DNA of 32,000 nt, taken from positions 90,001 through 122,000 of the forward strand of contig NC_020304.1 in the NCBI RefSeq assembly GCF_000341395.1, written 5' to 3'. The notes beneath the pieces are model-generated. The model was given only the letters and a program-made list of their open reading frames with translations. It had not been told where the DNA came from and made no database searches. The stretch comes from Desulfocapsa sulfexigens DSM 10523 (lineage in GTDB: Bacteria > Desulfobacterota > Desulfobulbia > Desulfobulbales > Desulfocapsaceae). Shown here in pieces: positions 17,632-27,191 of the stretch. The position numbers and the translations under genes are program-made. Numbering within the stretch: the stretch's first letter is position 1; every line of letters starts with the position of its first letter.

Positions 17632-18348
17632 TCACTTTTCTCTGCCAAGATATGCCCTTTGTACATCTTTGTTCGCAAGGAGGTCTTCAGCAGGCCCCTG
17701 AACAATGATCTTTCCGGTTTCCAGTACATAGCCCCTGTCGGCAATCCCCAGTGCCGCTTTTGCGTTCTGTTCCACCAGGAGAACGGTATTCCCTTCATCC
17801 CGCAGACGAACAATAATCTGAAAAATTTCTTTTACTATAAGCGGTGCAAGTCCAGTGGAAGGTTCGTCCATCATGACCAGGGAGGGTTTTGACATCAGAG
17901 CACGGCCCATGGCGAGCATCTGCTGCTCTCCACCGGATAATGTCCCTGCAAGCTGATCTTTTCGATCGCGAAGAATGGGAAAGAGTTCATACTGATGTTC
18001 CAGAAGTGCGGTCAACACCTTTCTGCCCTGTTTCTGAACAGCATGCCCGCCAAGCAAAAGGTTTTCTTCAACCGTCATGGCAGCAAAAACCTGTCTTCCC
18101 TCCGGTACCATGACGCAACCAAGACCAGGAATAGCGGAAGCCTTTATCTTAAGGATATTATTACTCTTAAACTCTGCCTCGCCGGAATTCGCCCTGACCA
18201 GCCCTGCAATGGTTGACAACAGGGTTGTTTTTCCGGCACCGTTAGCCCCTAGAATGGTAACAATCTCACCGGGATCCACATGCATGGAAACATTCTTCAG
18301 TACTTTAATTTTTCCATATCCGGACACCAGGTTTCGTATTCTCAGCAT
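17632..18348 (-). CDS. livF: Branched-chain-type (HAAT family) ABC transporter ATP-binding protein LivF-like
   Basis: 238 aa. Walker A GANGAGKTT, signature LSGGEQQMLAMGRAL, Walker B LVMMDEPSTGLAP. Position after the LivG-like gene. Confidence 0.9.
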   Translation of the reverse strand: MLRIRNLVSGYGKIKVLKNVSMHVDPGEIVTILGANGAGKTTLLSTIAGLVRANSGEAEFKSNNILKIKASAIPGLGCVMVPEGRQVFAAMTVEENLLLGGHAVQKQGRKVLTALLEHQYELFPILRDRKDQLAGTLSGGEQQMLAMGRALMSKPSLVMMDEPSTGLAPLIVKEIFQIIVRLRDEGNTVLLVEQNAKAALGIADRGYVLETGKIIVQGPAEDLLANKDVQRAYLGREK

Positions 18349-18351
18349 GGT

Positions 18352-19110
18352 CTACTCTTCCCCCAGATAGATTTTTATCACTTCGGGGTCCTGCTGAATA
18401 TTTTTGGGAATATCTTCTGCAATCTTTTCACCAAAACAGAGTACCACAATTTCATCCGAGATATCCATGACCAGAGACATATCATGCTCTACCAGAAGAA
18501 CGGTGATACCGAGATCCCGGATTTTCATGATAAGGCGCCCAACTTCAGCAGTCTCATAGATATTGAGGCCAGCAGCCGGTTCATCAAGCAGGAGCAGAGA
18601 GGGTTCAAGGGCAAGGGCACGTGCCAGCTCAACGGCACGCTGCTGCCCAAAAGCCAGACTTGAGGCTTCGGTATGGGCATATTTTTCAATTTCAAGTAAG
18701 GCAAGGAGTTCAAGGGACTTTTCTCGTATATCCCGCTCTTCCTTCCAGGTCCACGGCATCCTGAACATGGAAGCGAAAAAACCGGCATGTGACTGAATAT
18801 GACGACCAACCATAACATTTTCCAGAGCTGTCATCCCGCTGAACATCTTAATATTCTGAAATGTTCTCGCCATACCAAGTGATGCTATCTGAAAAGGTTT
18901 TTTTCTTTTGAGTTTGCGTCCCTGAAAAGATACTGATCCTGAACTCGCAGGAAAGGTGCCGGATATCATGTTAAAAAGCGTTGTTTTGCCGGCACCATTG
19001 GGTCCGATCACCGCCTTGATCTGTCCCGGTTCCACATGAAAAGAAACATCATTGACGGCAAGGAGGCCACCAAAACGTTTGCTCAGCTTATTAACTTCCA
19101 AGAGTGCCAT
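18352..19110 (-). CDS. livG: Branched-chain-type ABC transporter ATP-binding protein LivG-like
   Basis: 252 aa. Walker A GPNGAGKTT, LAFGQQRAVELARAL, LLLLDEPAAGLN, C-terminal EVIKIYLG typical of LivG. Confidence 0.9.
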   Translation of the reverse strand: MALLEVNKLSKRFGGLLAVNDVSFHVEPGQIKAVIGPNGAGKTTLFNMISGTFPASSGSVSFQGRKLKRKKPFQIASLGMARTFQNIKMFSGMTALENVMVGRHIQSHAGFFASMFRMPWTWKEERDIREKSLELLALLEIEKYAHTEASSLAFGQQRAVELARALALEPSLLLLDEPAAGLNIYETAEVGRLIMKIRDLGITVLLVEHDMSLVMDISDEIVVLCFGEKIAEDIPKNIQQDPEVIKIYLGEE

Positions 19111-19112
19111 CT

Positions 19113-20189
19113 CTACACCTCCTCTTCCCTGTCCTGTTTTCCCCGGTTGACCAGCTGCTTCAAACGATGGCGGATATTCAGGCTTAAGATTCCGTTGGGC
19201 GCAAAGAGCATGATCAGAATCAGAATCAGACCAAAGACAGCATCATCGTAGGAGCCAAAAACACCGCGAAGGGAGAGGAAGTTAAGCACTATACCCATCA
19301 ACAGTGCCCCCCACAAATGAGCCATTCCGCCAACGGCAACTATGGCGACATAGCGGACGGACTTCATGACCCCGGCCTCGGATGGCCCTATCCCCCCATT
19401 GTAATGGGTGAGAAATACTCCGGCAACAGCAGCAAAAACAGCAGAGAGAACAAAGGTCTGTAATTTGAAACGGGAAGTGTTAACACCCATGGCATCGGCT
19501 GCCTCACCGGAGCCATGAATGCCGCGCAGCGCTCTGCCAACCCGGGAATCAATAAGGTTAAGGAGAAGCACCATACCGACAAGAAGCAGTCCCCAGGCAA
19601 TATAATAGTTAGCAACCCTGTCACTGAAATTACCACTGACACTCAAACCGGGGATAAGTACAAAGGCAGGAACCTCTGAGATGCCATCGGCTTCACCAAA
19701 ATACTCAAGCGCCAGCACTACCCGATAGATAATAATGCCAAATCCAAGCGTTGCCATGGCCAGATAATGCCCTTTGAGCTTCAGGACGGGAATACCAATT
19801 ATAACCGCAATAATAGCAGCAGTGCTGACGGCAACAATACATGCAGCCCAGGGAGAAACCACCAGCAGTGTTCCACCATAGAGATCCTGACCCGACATAA
19901 GCATCCCGGCAGAATTCAAAAAAACAACCAGAGCCGAGTCTTTATATGGAACAAGACTGTGGGTAGTGAGGGCTGCAGATATATAACCGCCAATGGCGAA
20001 GAAGCCGGCATGACCAAGAGATATCTGCCCGGCGTACCCCATAAGGACACAAAGTCCGATGATAAGCAGTGAATAGTAGGCTGACATGGTCATCTGGGTC
20101 AGATAGAACATGGTGTCGGTGGCACTGGTCAAAAAATGAATGCCAATAACCAGAGCAAGCAGTGGCAAAACCGATAGCAGCTTTTTCAT
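19113..20189 (-). CDS. livM: Branched-chain-type ABC transporter permease LivM-like
   Basis: Multi-pass membrane protein with GYAGQISLGHAGFFAIGGY (LivM signature). Start set at MKKLLSV (ATG at 20189), 4 nt after the livH stop. The tracked ORF extends 21 codons into livH. Confidence 0.9.
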   Translation of the reverse strand: MKKLLSVLPLLALVIGIHFLTSATDTMFYLTQMTMSAYYSLLIIGLCVLMGYAGQISLGHAGFFAIGGYISAALTTHSLVPYKDSALVVFLNSAGMLMSGQDLYGGTLLVVSPWAACIVAVSTAAIIAVIIGIPVLKLKGHYLAMATLGFGIIIYRVVLALEYFGEADGISEVPAFVLIPGLSVSGNFSDRVANYYIAWGLLLVGMVLLLNLIDSRVGRALRGIHGSGEAADAMGVNTSRFKLQTFVLSAVFAAVAGVFLTHYNGGIGPSEAGVMKSVRYVAIVAVGGMAHLWGALLMGIVLNFLSLRGVFGSYDDAVFGLILILIMLFAPNGILSLNIRHRLKQLVNRGKQDREEEV

Positions 20190-20193
20190 AATA

Positions 20194-21084
20194 TCAAAAC
20201 TCCGACAGTCCGGCTGCCTCTTTCGAACCAAACAACCCCTGGGGCCGTACAAAGAGAATGGTCAGAAGAATGGCAATGGAAATCGCATCCTGAAAAGCAA
20301 GCGGTACAACGGAAACAGAAAACGCCTCAATAACACCAAGGAGCAACCCTGCAGCAACTGCACCGCCCGAACTGCCGAGACCACCCAGGATGGCCACGGT
20401 AAAGCCCTTGATGGCAAGACCGGTTCCCATGTCATATTGACTGTAGGTGATAGGAGACATCACGCAACCGGCTAATGCTCCGATACCTGCACTCAGAATA
20501 AAAGAAAGGGTCACCATATTCTGGGTATTGATTCCGCAGAGTGTAGCCGCCTTACGATTGGAAGCACAGGCCCGCATTTCTCTACCCACTGAGGTGGTTT
20601 TAAAAAAGATACCAAGACCAATCACCATAAGTCCCGAGGCTGCGACAACCCACAGGACCTGTGGGGAAATATGAGCACCGAATATCACAAATGAAGTAAT
20701 TTCATTGCCAAAAAAATATGGCAGTGAACGGATGGACTCACCCCATACGTGAACCCCGACCTCACGGGAGAGAATGGAGATACCGATGGTAATAATAATC
20801 ATACGGAGGACAGAAGGAGACTTCAGCCAGCGGATAAAACAGATTTCTATCATTGCCCCGATAAGCATGGTTATAAGAACCGCTACGATGATTGCCATGG
20901 GCAGGGGCATAAACTGGAGGAGGCTGATTGCAATCATCCCTCCGAACATGACAAATTCACCCTGGGCAAAATTAATAATACCCGTAGTGTTATAAATAAT
21001 ATTAAACCCAATGGCGACAATGGCATAAATGGAGCCATAGGTAATACCTGCCATCAGGTATTGAATAAAAAGTTCAGTGGTCAT
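20194..21084 (-). CDS. livH: Branched-chain-type ABC transporter permease LivH-like
   Basis: MTTELFIQYLMAGITYGSIYAIVAIGFNIIYNTTGIINFAQGEF is the typical LivH N-terminus. Start set at the ATG at 21084. The tracked ORF begins at an upstream GTG inside a hairpin. Confidence 0.9.
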   Translation of the reverse strand: MTTELFIQYLMAGITYGSIYAIVAIGFNIIYNTTGIINFAQGEFVMFGGMIAISLLQFMPLPMAIIVAVLITMLIGAMIEICFIRWLKSPSVLRMIIITIGISILSREVGVHVWGESIRSLPYFFGNEITSFVIFGAHISPQVLWVVAASGLMVIGLGIFFKTTSVGREMRACASNRKAATLCGINTQNMVTLSFILSAGIGALAGCVMSPITYSQYDMGTGLAIKGFTVAILGGLGSSGGAVAAGLLLGVIEAFSVSVVPLAFQDAISIAILLTILFVRPQGLFGSKEAAGLSEF

Positions 21085-21095
21085 GAGAAAACAGG

Positions 21096-21169
21096 GTAAG
21101 CAATCACAGACACAGTAATTCAGCACCAGAACGATGCCAGAAAATACTACTGTTCCTGTGATTGCTTAC
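21096..21169 (-). other. Long intercistronic stem-loop immediately upstream of livH
   Basis: Perfect 14-bp inverted repeat GTAAGCAATCACAG (21096-21109) / CTGTGATTGCTTAC (21156-21169). A 2x2 internal loop and a further 6 bp extend it (ACAGTA 21112-17 / TACTGT 21148-53). 30-nt apical loop. The 3' arm on the mRNA ends 11 nt before the livH ATG. Confidence 0.5.
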
Positions 21170-21210
21170 AACTTTGGCATGTGTTTATTTCAGATTTCAA
21201 CCCGGCGTAA

Positions 21211-21250
21211 CAAACAAAACCGGACTGAAAAAAAATCATCCAGTCCGGCT
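21211..21250 (-). terminator. Intercistronic hairpin and U-tract after livK (probable partial terminator or mRNA stabiliser)
   Basis: Minus strand: CCGGACTG (21248-41), 13-nt A/T loop, CAGTCCGG (21227-20), followed by TTTTGTTTG. Located 27 nt after the livK stop. Confidence 0.55.
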
Positions 21251-21275
21251 GCTCTACACTATCAAAGCCCCTGGA

Positions 21276-22424
21276 TTACTTCCCAGTATAGGCAACAAAC
21301 TTTCCGTCCTTAACAGTCAGCATCTGGAAAGCATCTATATCAAGACCATTATGATCTTCAGCGGAGAAGTTGAAAACACCACCGGTTCCAGCAAATCCCT
21401 TAAGGTTCTCAATTGCATCACGCACCTTATCCCGGTCATTACCGCCTTCGGCGATAGCTGCGGCAAGGATCGTGATAGCGTCATAGCCATGACCACCGAA
21501 GGTGGATGCAGGCTCGTTGAACTTTGCCTCATAATTTTTCTTATATTCCATCAGAAGTGCTTTCTGTGGATTATCATCGGCAAGACTCTCAGCAATGAGA
21601 AGGCGTCCCGCAGGGAAGATAATTCCCTCAGCAGCAGCACCAGCAGCCTGTACATATTTAATATTTCCAAAGCCATGACTCTGAAACAGAGGTACTTCCC
21701 AACCAGCCTGACGCATGTTCTTGGCAACAATGGCCTGAGCTGGAACGATAGACCAGTTCACAACCGCCTGGACATCCTTGTTGGCTTTAATTTTGGCAAC
21801 TACAGCAGAAAGATCGTTGGATTTTTTGTCATAAACCTCAACTTCAACGACTTCAATACCAAATTCTGGAGCAATAGCTAAAAGCTGTCCCTTTCCAGCC
21901 TGTCCAAAACCAGTATTTCCAGCAAGAACCGCGATCTTTGAAATGCCTAATTTGTTCATCTCCATAAAGATCTTTTTAGCAGCAAAAGAATCTTTCTGGG
22001 GAGTTTTGAAAACATAGGAGGCAACGGGGTCAACAATAACCTCGGCAGCACCACAGGAAAGCAGTGGAGTTTTTGCTTCCTGACAGATGTTTTTTATTTT
22101 CATGGTCTCGCCGGAAGTGGAAGGTCCGATAATTGCCAGGACCTTTTCTTCTTCAATCAGCTGTTTGGCAAAAGAAATTGCTTTTTCAGGACTTCCCGCT
22201 GAATCCTTAATGATCAGTTCAATTGTGTTACCGTTGATTCCGCCTTTGGCATTGATATCTTCAACCATCATTTCCAGGCTGCGAGCCTCAGGGCCTCCAA
22301 GGAAAGAAGCGCCACCGGTAACAGCAAGAATAGCTCCGACTTTGATATTCTCAGCAAGAGCAGGCGCCACACATAAAGCGACGGCCACAACTGCCATGAG
22401 AAGTTTTGATGCAAATTTTTTCAT
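21276..22424 (-). CDS. livK: Periplasmic substrate-binding protein, LivK/Leu-Ile-Val-binding (type I PBP) family
   Basis: Signal peptide MKKFASKLLMAVVAVALCVAPALA. IKVGAILAVTGGASFLGGPE ... GGINGNTIELIIKDSAG pattern of Peripla_BP_6 proteins. GGGGGAAAAG SD before the ATG at 22424. Confidence 0.9.
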   Translation of the reverse strand: MKKFASKLLMAVVAVALCVAPALAENIKVGAILAVTGGASFLGGPEARSLEMMVEDINAKGGINGNTIELIIKDSAGSPEKAISFAKQLIEEEKVLAIIGPSTSGETMKIKNICQEAKTPLLSCGAAEVIVDPVASYVFKTPQKDSFAAKKIFMEMNKLGISKIAVLAGNTGFGQAGKGQLLAIAPEFGIEVVEVEVYDKKSNDLSAVVAKIKANKDVQAVVNWSIVPAQAIVAKNMRQAGWEVPLFQSHGFGNIKYVQAAGAAAEGIIFPAGRLLIAESLADDNPQKALLMEYKKNYEAKFNEPASTFGGHGYDAITILAAAIAEGGNDRDKVRDAIENLKGFAGTGGVFNFSAEDHNGLDIDAFQMLTVKDGKFVAYTGK

Positions 22425-22567
22425 CTTTTCCCCCAATTAAATAATGTACGACAGTGCCTTGTTGCAACTGCCACCAAACTACCGTTTCACTACAAATATA
22501 AGTCTATCCAGTTTTTCTCTTACCTGGATTCCGTGCATTTTTTCTTCCTTCTGGACTTCGACCTCAC

Positions 22568-22999
22568 CTACAATGCACAAATTTGCTCACCGCTTAATAT
22601 TGTATAGCCGGTACGCTGTAAAGACTCGATGGCCTTATCCATATCATCAAAACGGAAAATAAGTACTGCATTTTCTCCAGTTTTATTGACAAATGCATAC
22701 ATATACTCAACATTGAGTTTTTCTGCTTCTATGGTTTTCAGAACACCGGCAAGACCACCGGTCTTATCGGCCACTTCAACAGCAATAACATTGGTGATAC
22801 CAACCGTAAAGCCATTGGATTTCAGAGTTTTTTTGGCCTTTTCAACGTTATCAACGATAAGACGGAGGATACCGAAATCAGCAGTATCGGCAACCGACAG
22901 GGCCCGAATGTTAATATTTTCTTCAGCCAGTCTAGCGGTGATCTCAGCCAGACGCCCCGATTTGTTCTCTAAAAATACTGCAATCTGTTCTACCCGCAT
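22568..22999 (-). CDS. ACT-domain protein (tandem ACT, small-molecule-binding regulator)
   Basis: 143 aa. Two repeats of the ACT pattern ([26 protein letters not shown]; [27 protein letters not shown]). GGAGGA SD. Position after a paaK gene. Confidence 0.85.
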   Translation of the reverse strand: MRVEQIAVFLENKSGRLAEITARLAEENINIRALSVADTADFGILRLIVDNVEKAKKTLKSNGFTVGITNVIAVEVADKTGGLAGVLKTIEAEKLNVEYMYAFVNKTGENAVLIFRFDDMDKAIESLQRTGYTILSGEQICAL

Positions 23000-23015
23000 T
23001 TTAAATCCTCCGGAC

Positions 23016-24323
23016 TTATAGTTTTCTATTGTCGATTACCCGCTGCGCCTTTCCTTCACTGCGCTGGATAGTTCTGGGTTCCACCAGTTTTACCCGACAG
23101 GTAACACCCAGCATATCCTTGATATCCATCTGAATACGCTTGGTCAGATTTTCCAGAGCCTTAATTTCATCGGAAAAGATATCCTCGCTGACTTCGACCT
23201 CGACCGCCATGGTGTCCATATTGCCTTCACGATTCACTACAATCTGGTAGTGAGGCTCAACCCCCTCAGTTCCCATAAGGACGTGCTCAATCTGGGATGG
23301 GAAAACATTGACGCCGCGAATAATTAACATATCATCGGTCCGCCCGGTCACTTTTTCCATACGAACCAGAGTTCGTCCACAGGCACAGGTGTCATACATC
23401 AACCTGGATATGTCCTTGGTCCGGTAGCGGATAATAGGAAACGCTTCCTTGGTAAGGGTGGTAAATACCAGCTCACCCTTTTCACCGGGAGGCAGTACCT
23501 CTCCGGTATCGGGATCTATGATTTCAGGTAAAAAATGATCCTCAAAAACATGCATCCCCTTCTCGCCTTCAAGACACTGCATGGAAACGCCCGGCCCCAT
23601 AACCTCGGAAAGACCATAGATATCAACGGCCTTGATGTTCAATTTGCGTTCAACCTCATCACGCATATTTTCGCTCCAGGGTTCCGCGCCAAAAACTCCG
23701 ACACGAAGAGAGAGAGACCTTGGATCAACGTCAAGTGTTTCCATGGTCTCAGCAAGATTGAGAGCATAGGAGGGAGTGGCAAGGAGAACACTCGATTTAA
23801 AATCCTTCATGATGGTGATCTGACGTTTTGTGTTTCCACCAGACACCGGGATAACAGTTGCCCCAAGGCGTTCAATTCCATAGTGAGCACCAAGACCACC
23901 GGTGAACAGTCCGTAACCGTAAGCATTATGGACCATATCCTTGGCAGTCACTCCCGCAAGAGTAAGTGCCCGGGCCATAAGGCCTGACCAGGTTTCAAGA
24001 TCCTTTTTTGTGTAGCCGACAACCGTCGGCTTCCCGGTGGTTCCGGAGGATGCATGTACTCGAACAACCTGATCCATTGGCACGGTAAAGAGACCAAAGG
24101 GGTAATTATCTCGGAGATCTTCTTTGACAGTAAACGGAAGCTTTGCGAGATCAGCCAGGGATTGGATGTCTTCTGGTTTCACACCGGCAGCATCCATCTT
24201 TTCCCGGTATGGCGCAACGGTCTTATAAACCCGTGCCACCAGATGCTGAAGGCGTTTCAGCTGAATAGACTCCAGGCCGACGCGCGGCAGGGTCTCCATC
24301 TCCTCTTCCCAATATAGTGTCAT
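23016..24323 (-). CDS. paaK: Phenylacetate--CoA ligase family protein (aryl/acyl-CoA ligase, AMP-forming), paralog 1
   Basis: [25 protein letters not shown] and a PaaK-type C-terminal domain. ATG at 24323 is preceded by GGAGAGAG at 8 nt. The tracked ORF starts 2 codons upstream at a TTG. Confidence 0.9.
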   Translation of the reverse strand: MTLYWEEEMETLPRVGLESIQLKRLQHLVARVYKTVAPYREKMDAAGVKPEDIQSLADLAKLPFTVKEDLRDNYPFGLFTVPMDQVVRVHASSGTTGKPTVVGYTKKDLETWSGLMARALTLAGVTAKDMVHNAYGYGLFTGGLGAHYGIERLGATVIPVSGGNTKRQITIMKDFKSSVLLATPSYALNLAETMETLDVDPRSLSLRVGVFGAEPWSENMRDEVERKLNIKAVDIYGLSEVMGPGVSMQCLEGEKGMHVFEDHFLPEIIDPDTGEVLPPGEKGELVFTTLTKEAFPIIRYRTKDISRLMYDTCACGRTLVRMEKVTGRTDDMLIIRGVNVFPSQIEHVLMGTEGVEPHYQIVVNREGNMDTMAVEVEVSEDIFSDEIKALENLTKRIQMDIKDMLGVTCRVKLVEPRTIQRSEGKAQRVIDNRKL

Positions 24324-24351
24324 GACCAACTCTCTCCAGTAGAATTTTTAC

Positions 24352-24933
24352 TCAGGCAGTAATTTTTCTGCCTGCAGCAAATGCTTTCATATTTACTTCA
24401 CGAAACCTTTCAGGAATCCTGGTGTTAATGATGTTTTCATAGACCTCAACACCCATGGGCAAGAAGGCGGACATGGCTCCAACCATGACAATATTAGCCG
24501 CCTTAACTTCGCCAGCATCACGTGCGATATCGAAGGCATCGACACTTACCACCTGAATTCCCAGTGAACTGACAGCATCGAGCACATTCGCAGGATACGG
24601 TACCTGTCCCATGGCCACACTCGGCGGTTTAATCTGTTGGGTATTGACAATCACTTTACTCTCCTGGTGGAGGTAGGGAAGATACCGTGCAGCCTCCATC
24701 ATCTCAAAAGAGATCAGGATATCAGCCTTGCCGGGTTCAATAAGCGGTGAGTACACCTTATCCCCGTAACGCAACTGGGCGGTAACCGACCCGCCACGCT
24801 GGGCCATCCCGTGCACCTCACTCTTCTTGGCATCATACCCTGCGGCAAGCAGGGCATAGGCTGTCACCTCACTGGCAAGGAGAATTCCCTGTCCACCCAC
24901 TCCGGAAAAAAGAATATTACCTGTTGCTGCCAT
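24352..24933 (-). CDS. iorB: Indolepyruvate:ferredoxin oxidoreductase subunit beta
   Basis: 193 aa. GVGGQGILLAS and SEVHGMAQRGGSV (pyruvate/2-ketoacid Fd-oxidoreductase gamma-type domain). Follows iorA with a 4-nt gap. Confidence 0.9.
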   Translation of the reverse strand: MAATGNILFSGVGGQGILLASEVTAYALLAAGYDAKKSEVHGMAQRGGSVTAQLRYGDKVYSPLIEPGKADILISFEMMEAARYLPYLHQESKVIVNTQQIKPPSVAMGQVPYPANVLDAVSSLGIQVVSVDAFDIARDAGEVKAANIVMVGAMSAFLPMGVEVYENIINTRIPERFREVNMKAFAAGRKITA

Positions 24934-24937
24934 TTAT

Positions 24938-26743
24938 CTATTCTCCCTTCCTGTTGATTGCTTCAAATTTACATAGGGCTGCACACTGGCCACACCCGTT
25001 GCACTGTACTTCATTGATCACCGCAAAACCCTTCTGTTTTTCTTTATACCCTTTTGCCACTGCTTCCTGGGACGTAATATTTGTCCAACTGATGGCAGGA
25101 CAACCAAGCTTCACACAGGCCATGCAGCCTGCGCAGTTTTCAGTCTTTGTTGAATAGGGATTATGTGGTGCATTTTTAATTTCAGGCAGCAACACACAGG
25201 GTGCCCTTGAGATAACCACTGCCATCTCATCAAGAGCCAATGCTGTCTGCAACGCCTTTTTACACTCGGCAATATCATGAGGATTAACCGTTTCCACATG
25301 CTTGACACCAACTGCCCTGCACAGGGCCTCAAGGTCGATGGCATTTGCCGCCTCACCTTTTATATTGCAGCCGGATGCCGGATTGTTCTGCTGACCGGTC
25401 ATGGCGGTAATCCTGTTATCAAGGATCACAAGAACCGTTCGGGAGTCATTATAGACTGAGTTAATCAGACCATTTATTCCGGTATGGACAAAGGTAGAGT
25501 CACCGATCACGGAAACAAGCCTTCCCTTTCCTTCATCTCCCAAAGCCTTAGCCATTCCGTGGGCAATCGTTACCGACGCCCCCATACAGACACAGGAATC
25601 CATGGCTGAAAGCGGTGGCAGAAAACCCAGGGTGTAACAGCCGATATCACCTGACACAAAAATATCTTTCATCTTGGAGAGATTGTAGAATACTCCTCGA
25701 TGAGGACAACCGGCACACATATTTGGTGGCCGCATGGGAAGCTCTGCCGGAGCAAACAGTACCGGGGCTGAATCCGGATCAATGGCGGTTCGCACGATGG
25801 AGGTATTAAGTTCTCCCTGGTTTGGAATAAGATCCTTACCGTGACACTCTACTCCCATGGCTTTAATGTGATGTTCAAGGAAGGGGTCAAGTTCTTCCAC
25901 AACAAAAAGCTCATCCACGCTTGCGGCAAATGCTTTAATTTTCTTTTCGGGAAGCGGCCAGCTCATGCCAAGCTTCAAGACTGTAGCTTCCGGAAATGCC
26001 TCTTTCACGTAGAGGTACGCAACACCACCAGTAATAAAACCGCGTTTGGTATCACCAGGCTCCACCTTGTTAAAGGTATCACTTTCTGCAACTTCCGTGA
26101 GCTGTGCCATGCGCTCTTCAACAATTTTGCGACGATTACGGGCATTGCCGGGAAGCATAACAATTTTGGCAGGTGCCTTCTCAATTCCGCAGACTGCAGA
26201 GGATTTTCTCATATCCCCCTTACTGAGCACTCCCTTCACATGGGCCACACGGGTGGTTATACGAAACAGAACCGGAGTGTCAAACTTTTCAGACAGTTCA
26301 AAGGCATCTTTCAGTAGCTCTTTTGCTTCGGCCGGCTCGGATGGTTCCAGCATGGGGAGCTTGGCTGCATACGCGTAATTACGATTATCCTGTTCATTCT
26401 GAGATGAGTGCATCTCGGGATCATCGGCAGTAAGGACAACCAGACCACCGCGAACCCCAGTATATGAGACAGTAAACAACGGATCCGCAGCCACATTGAC
26501 ACCAACATGCTTCATGGTTGCAAAGGCTCTTGCCCCGGCAAAAGAGGCACCGATTGCGACCTCGAGACCAACTTTCTCGTTGGGGGCCCATTCGGTATAC
26601 ACACCTTCGTATTTGGAGAGATTCTCCATGATTTCGGTCGATGGCGTTCCGGGATAGCCGGAGGCGACTGTAACTCCTGCCTCATAAGCAGCCATGGCAA
26701 TGGCTTCGTTCCCGGACATCCAGAGTGAATTGCTGTCTGTCAC
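24938..26743 (-). CDS. iorA: Indolepyruvate:ferredoxin oxidoreductase subunit alpha
   Basis: 601 aa. N-terminal pyrimidine-binding domain (GYPGTPSTEI), TPP-binding GDSTFVHTG...N, two C-terminal ferredoxin-type Cys clusters (CAGCMACVKLGCP; CNGCGQCAALC). GTG start with AGGTGA SD. Confidence 0.93.
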   Translation of the reverse strand: MTDSNSLWMSGNEAIAMAAYEAGVTVASGYPGTPSTEIMENLSKYEGVYTEWAPNEKVGLEVAIGASFAGARAFATMKHVGVNVAADPLFTVSYTGVRGGLVVLTADDPEMHSSQNEQDNRNYAYAAKLPMLEPSEPAEAKELLKDAFELSEKFDTPVLFRITTRVAHVKGVLSKGDMRKSSAVCGIEKAPAKIVMLPGNARNRRKIVEERMAQLTEVAESDTFNKVEPGDTKRGFITGGVAYLYVKEAFPEATVLKLGMSWPLPEKKIKAFAASVDELFVVEELDPFLEHHIKAMGVECHGKDLIPNQGELNTSIVRTAIDPDSAPVLFAPAELPMRPPNMCAGCPHRGVFYNLSKMKDIFVSGDIGCYTLGFLPPLSAMDSCVCMGASVTIAHGMAKALGDEGKGRLVSVIGDSTFVHTGINGLINSVYNDSRTVLVILDNRITAMTGQQNNPASGCNIKGEAANAIDLEALCRAVGVKHVETVNPHDIAECKKALQTALALDEMAVVISRAPCVLLPEIKNAPHNPYSTKTENCAGCMACVKLGCPAISWTNITSQEAVAKGYKEKQKGFAVINEVQCNGCGQCAALCKFEAINRKGE

Positions 26744-27191
26744 TTTCTCACCTGTTACTGTTTATAGTTTTTTGATCAATTGCCCTGTCCGATAGAATAA
26801 TAGAAATAGCACCTAAGGTTTTCCACCTGCAGCAGACATAAAAAGTTCTTTGCAAAAGTATGACAAACTACCCTGAAAACCAGCCATCAGGCAAGTTTTT
26901 TTTCAATTTAAAAAGTTGTAATTTTAGTATCTTTTTTTTTGAACATTTACCTCTAACAAGCTGCATACGTGGGAAAGAGAAAACCCAACTGTTCGAAGTT
27001 TCAGGTATTTCGCATTCATTAAAGCAAATAAGTTTTTAACTAAGTTGTAAAAAAAATACTTGACGAATAGCAACTTCAGCGCTACCAATCGCCTAGAAAA
27101 TTCGACTGAATCACCATTCAGCCTCTTCACATAGATCGTTTTTTTATAGAACCCACACACATCAAACTTCTACCACAAAGAGTCCACACCT

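Noticed and set aside
21162-21881. 239-aa plus-strand ORF
   Set aside because: It is antisense to the well-supported LivK-like binding-protein gene and begins inside the intercistronic hairpin. No motifs.
22460-22480. Sigma-54-like TGGCAG/TTGCA on the minus strand upstream of livK
   Set aside because: TGGCAG is immediately followed by TTGC with no 5-nt spacer, so the GG-GC spacing is wrong for RpoN.
26924-27160. 78-aa minus-strand ORF in the ior-SulP intergenic region
   Set aside because: It lies in very A/T-rich DNA, its Lys/Phe/Leu/Asn-biased translation suggests chance, and it has no SD or homology cues.
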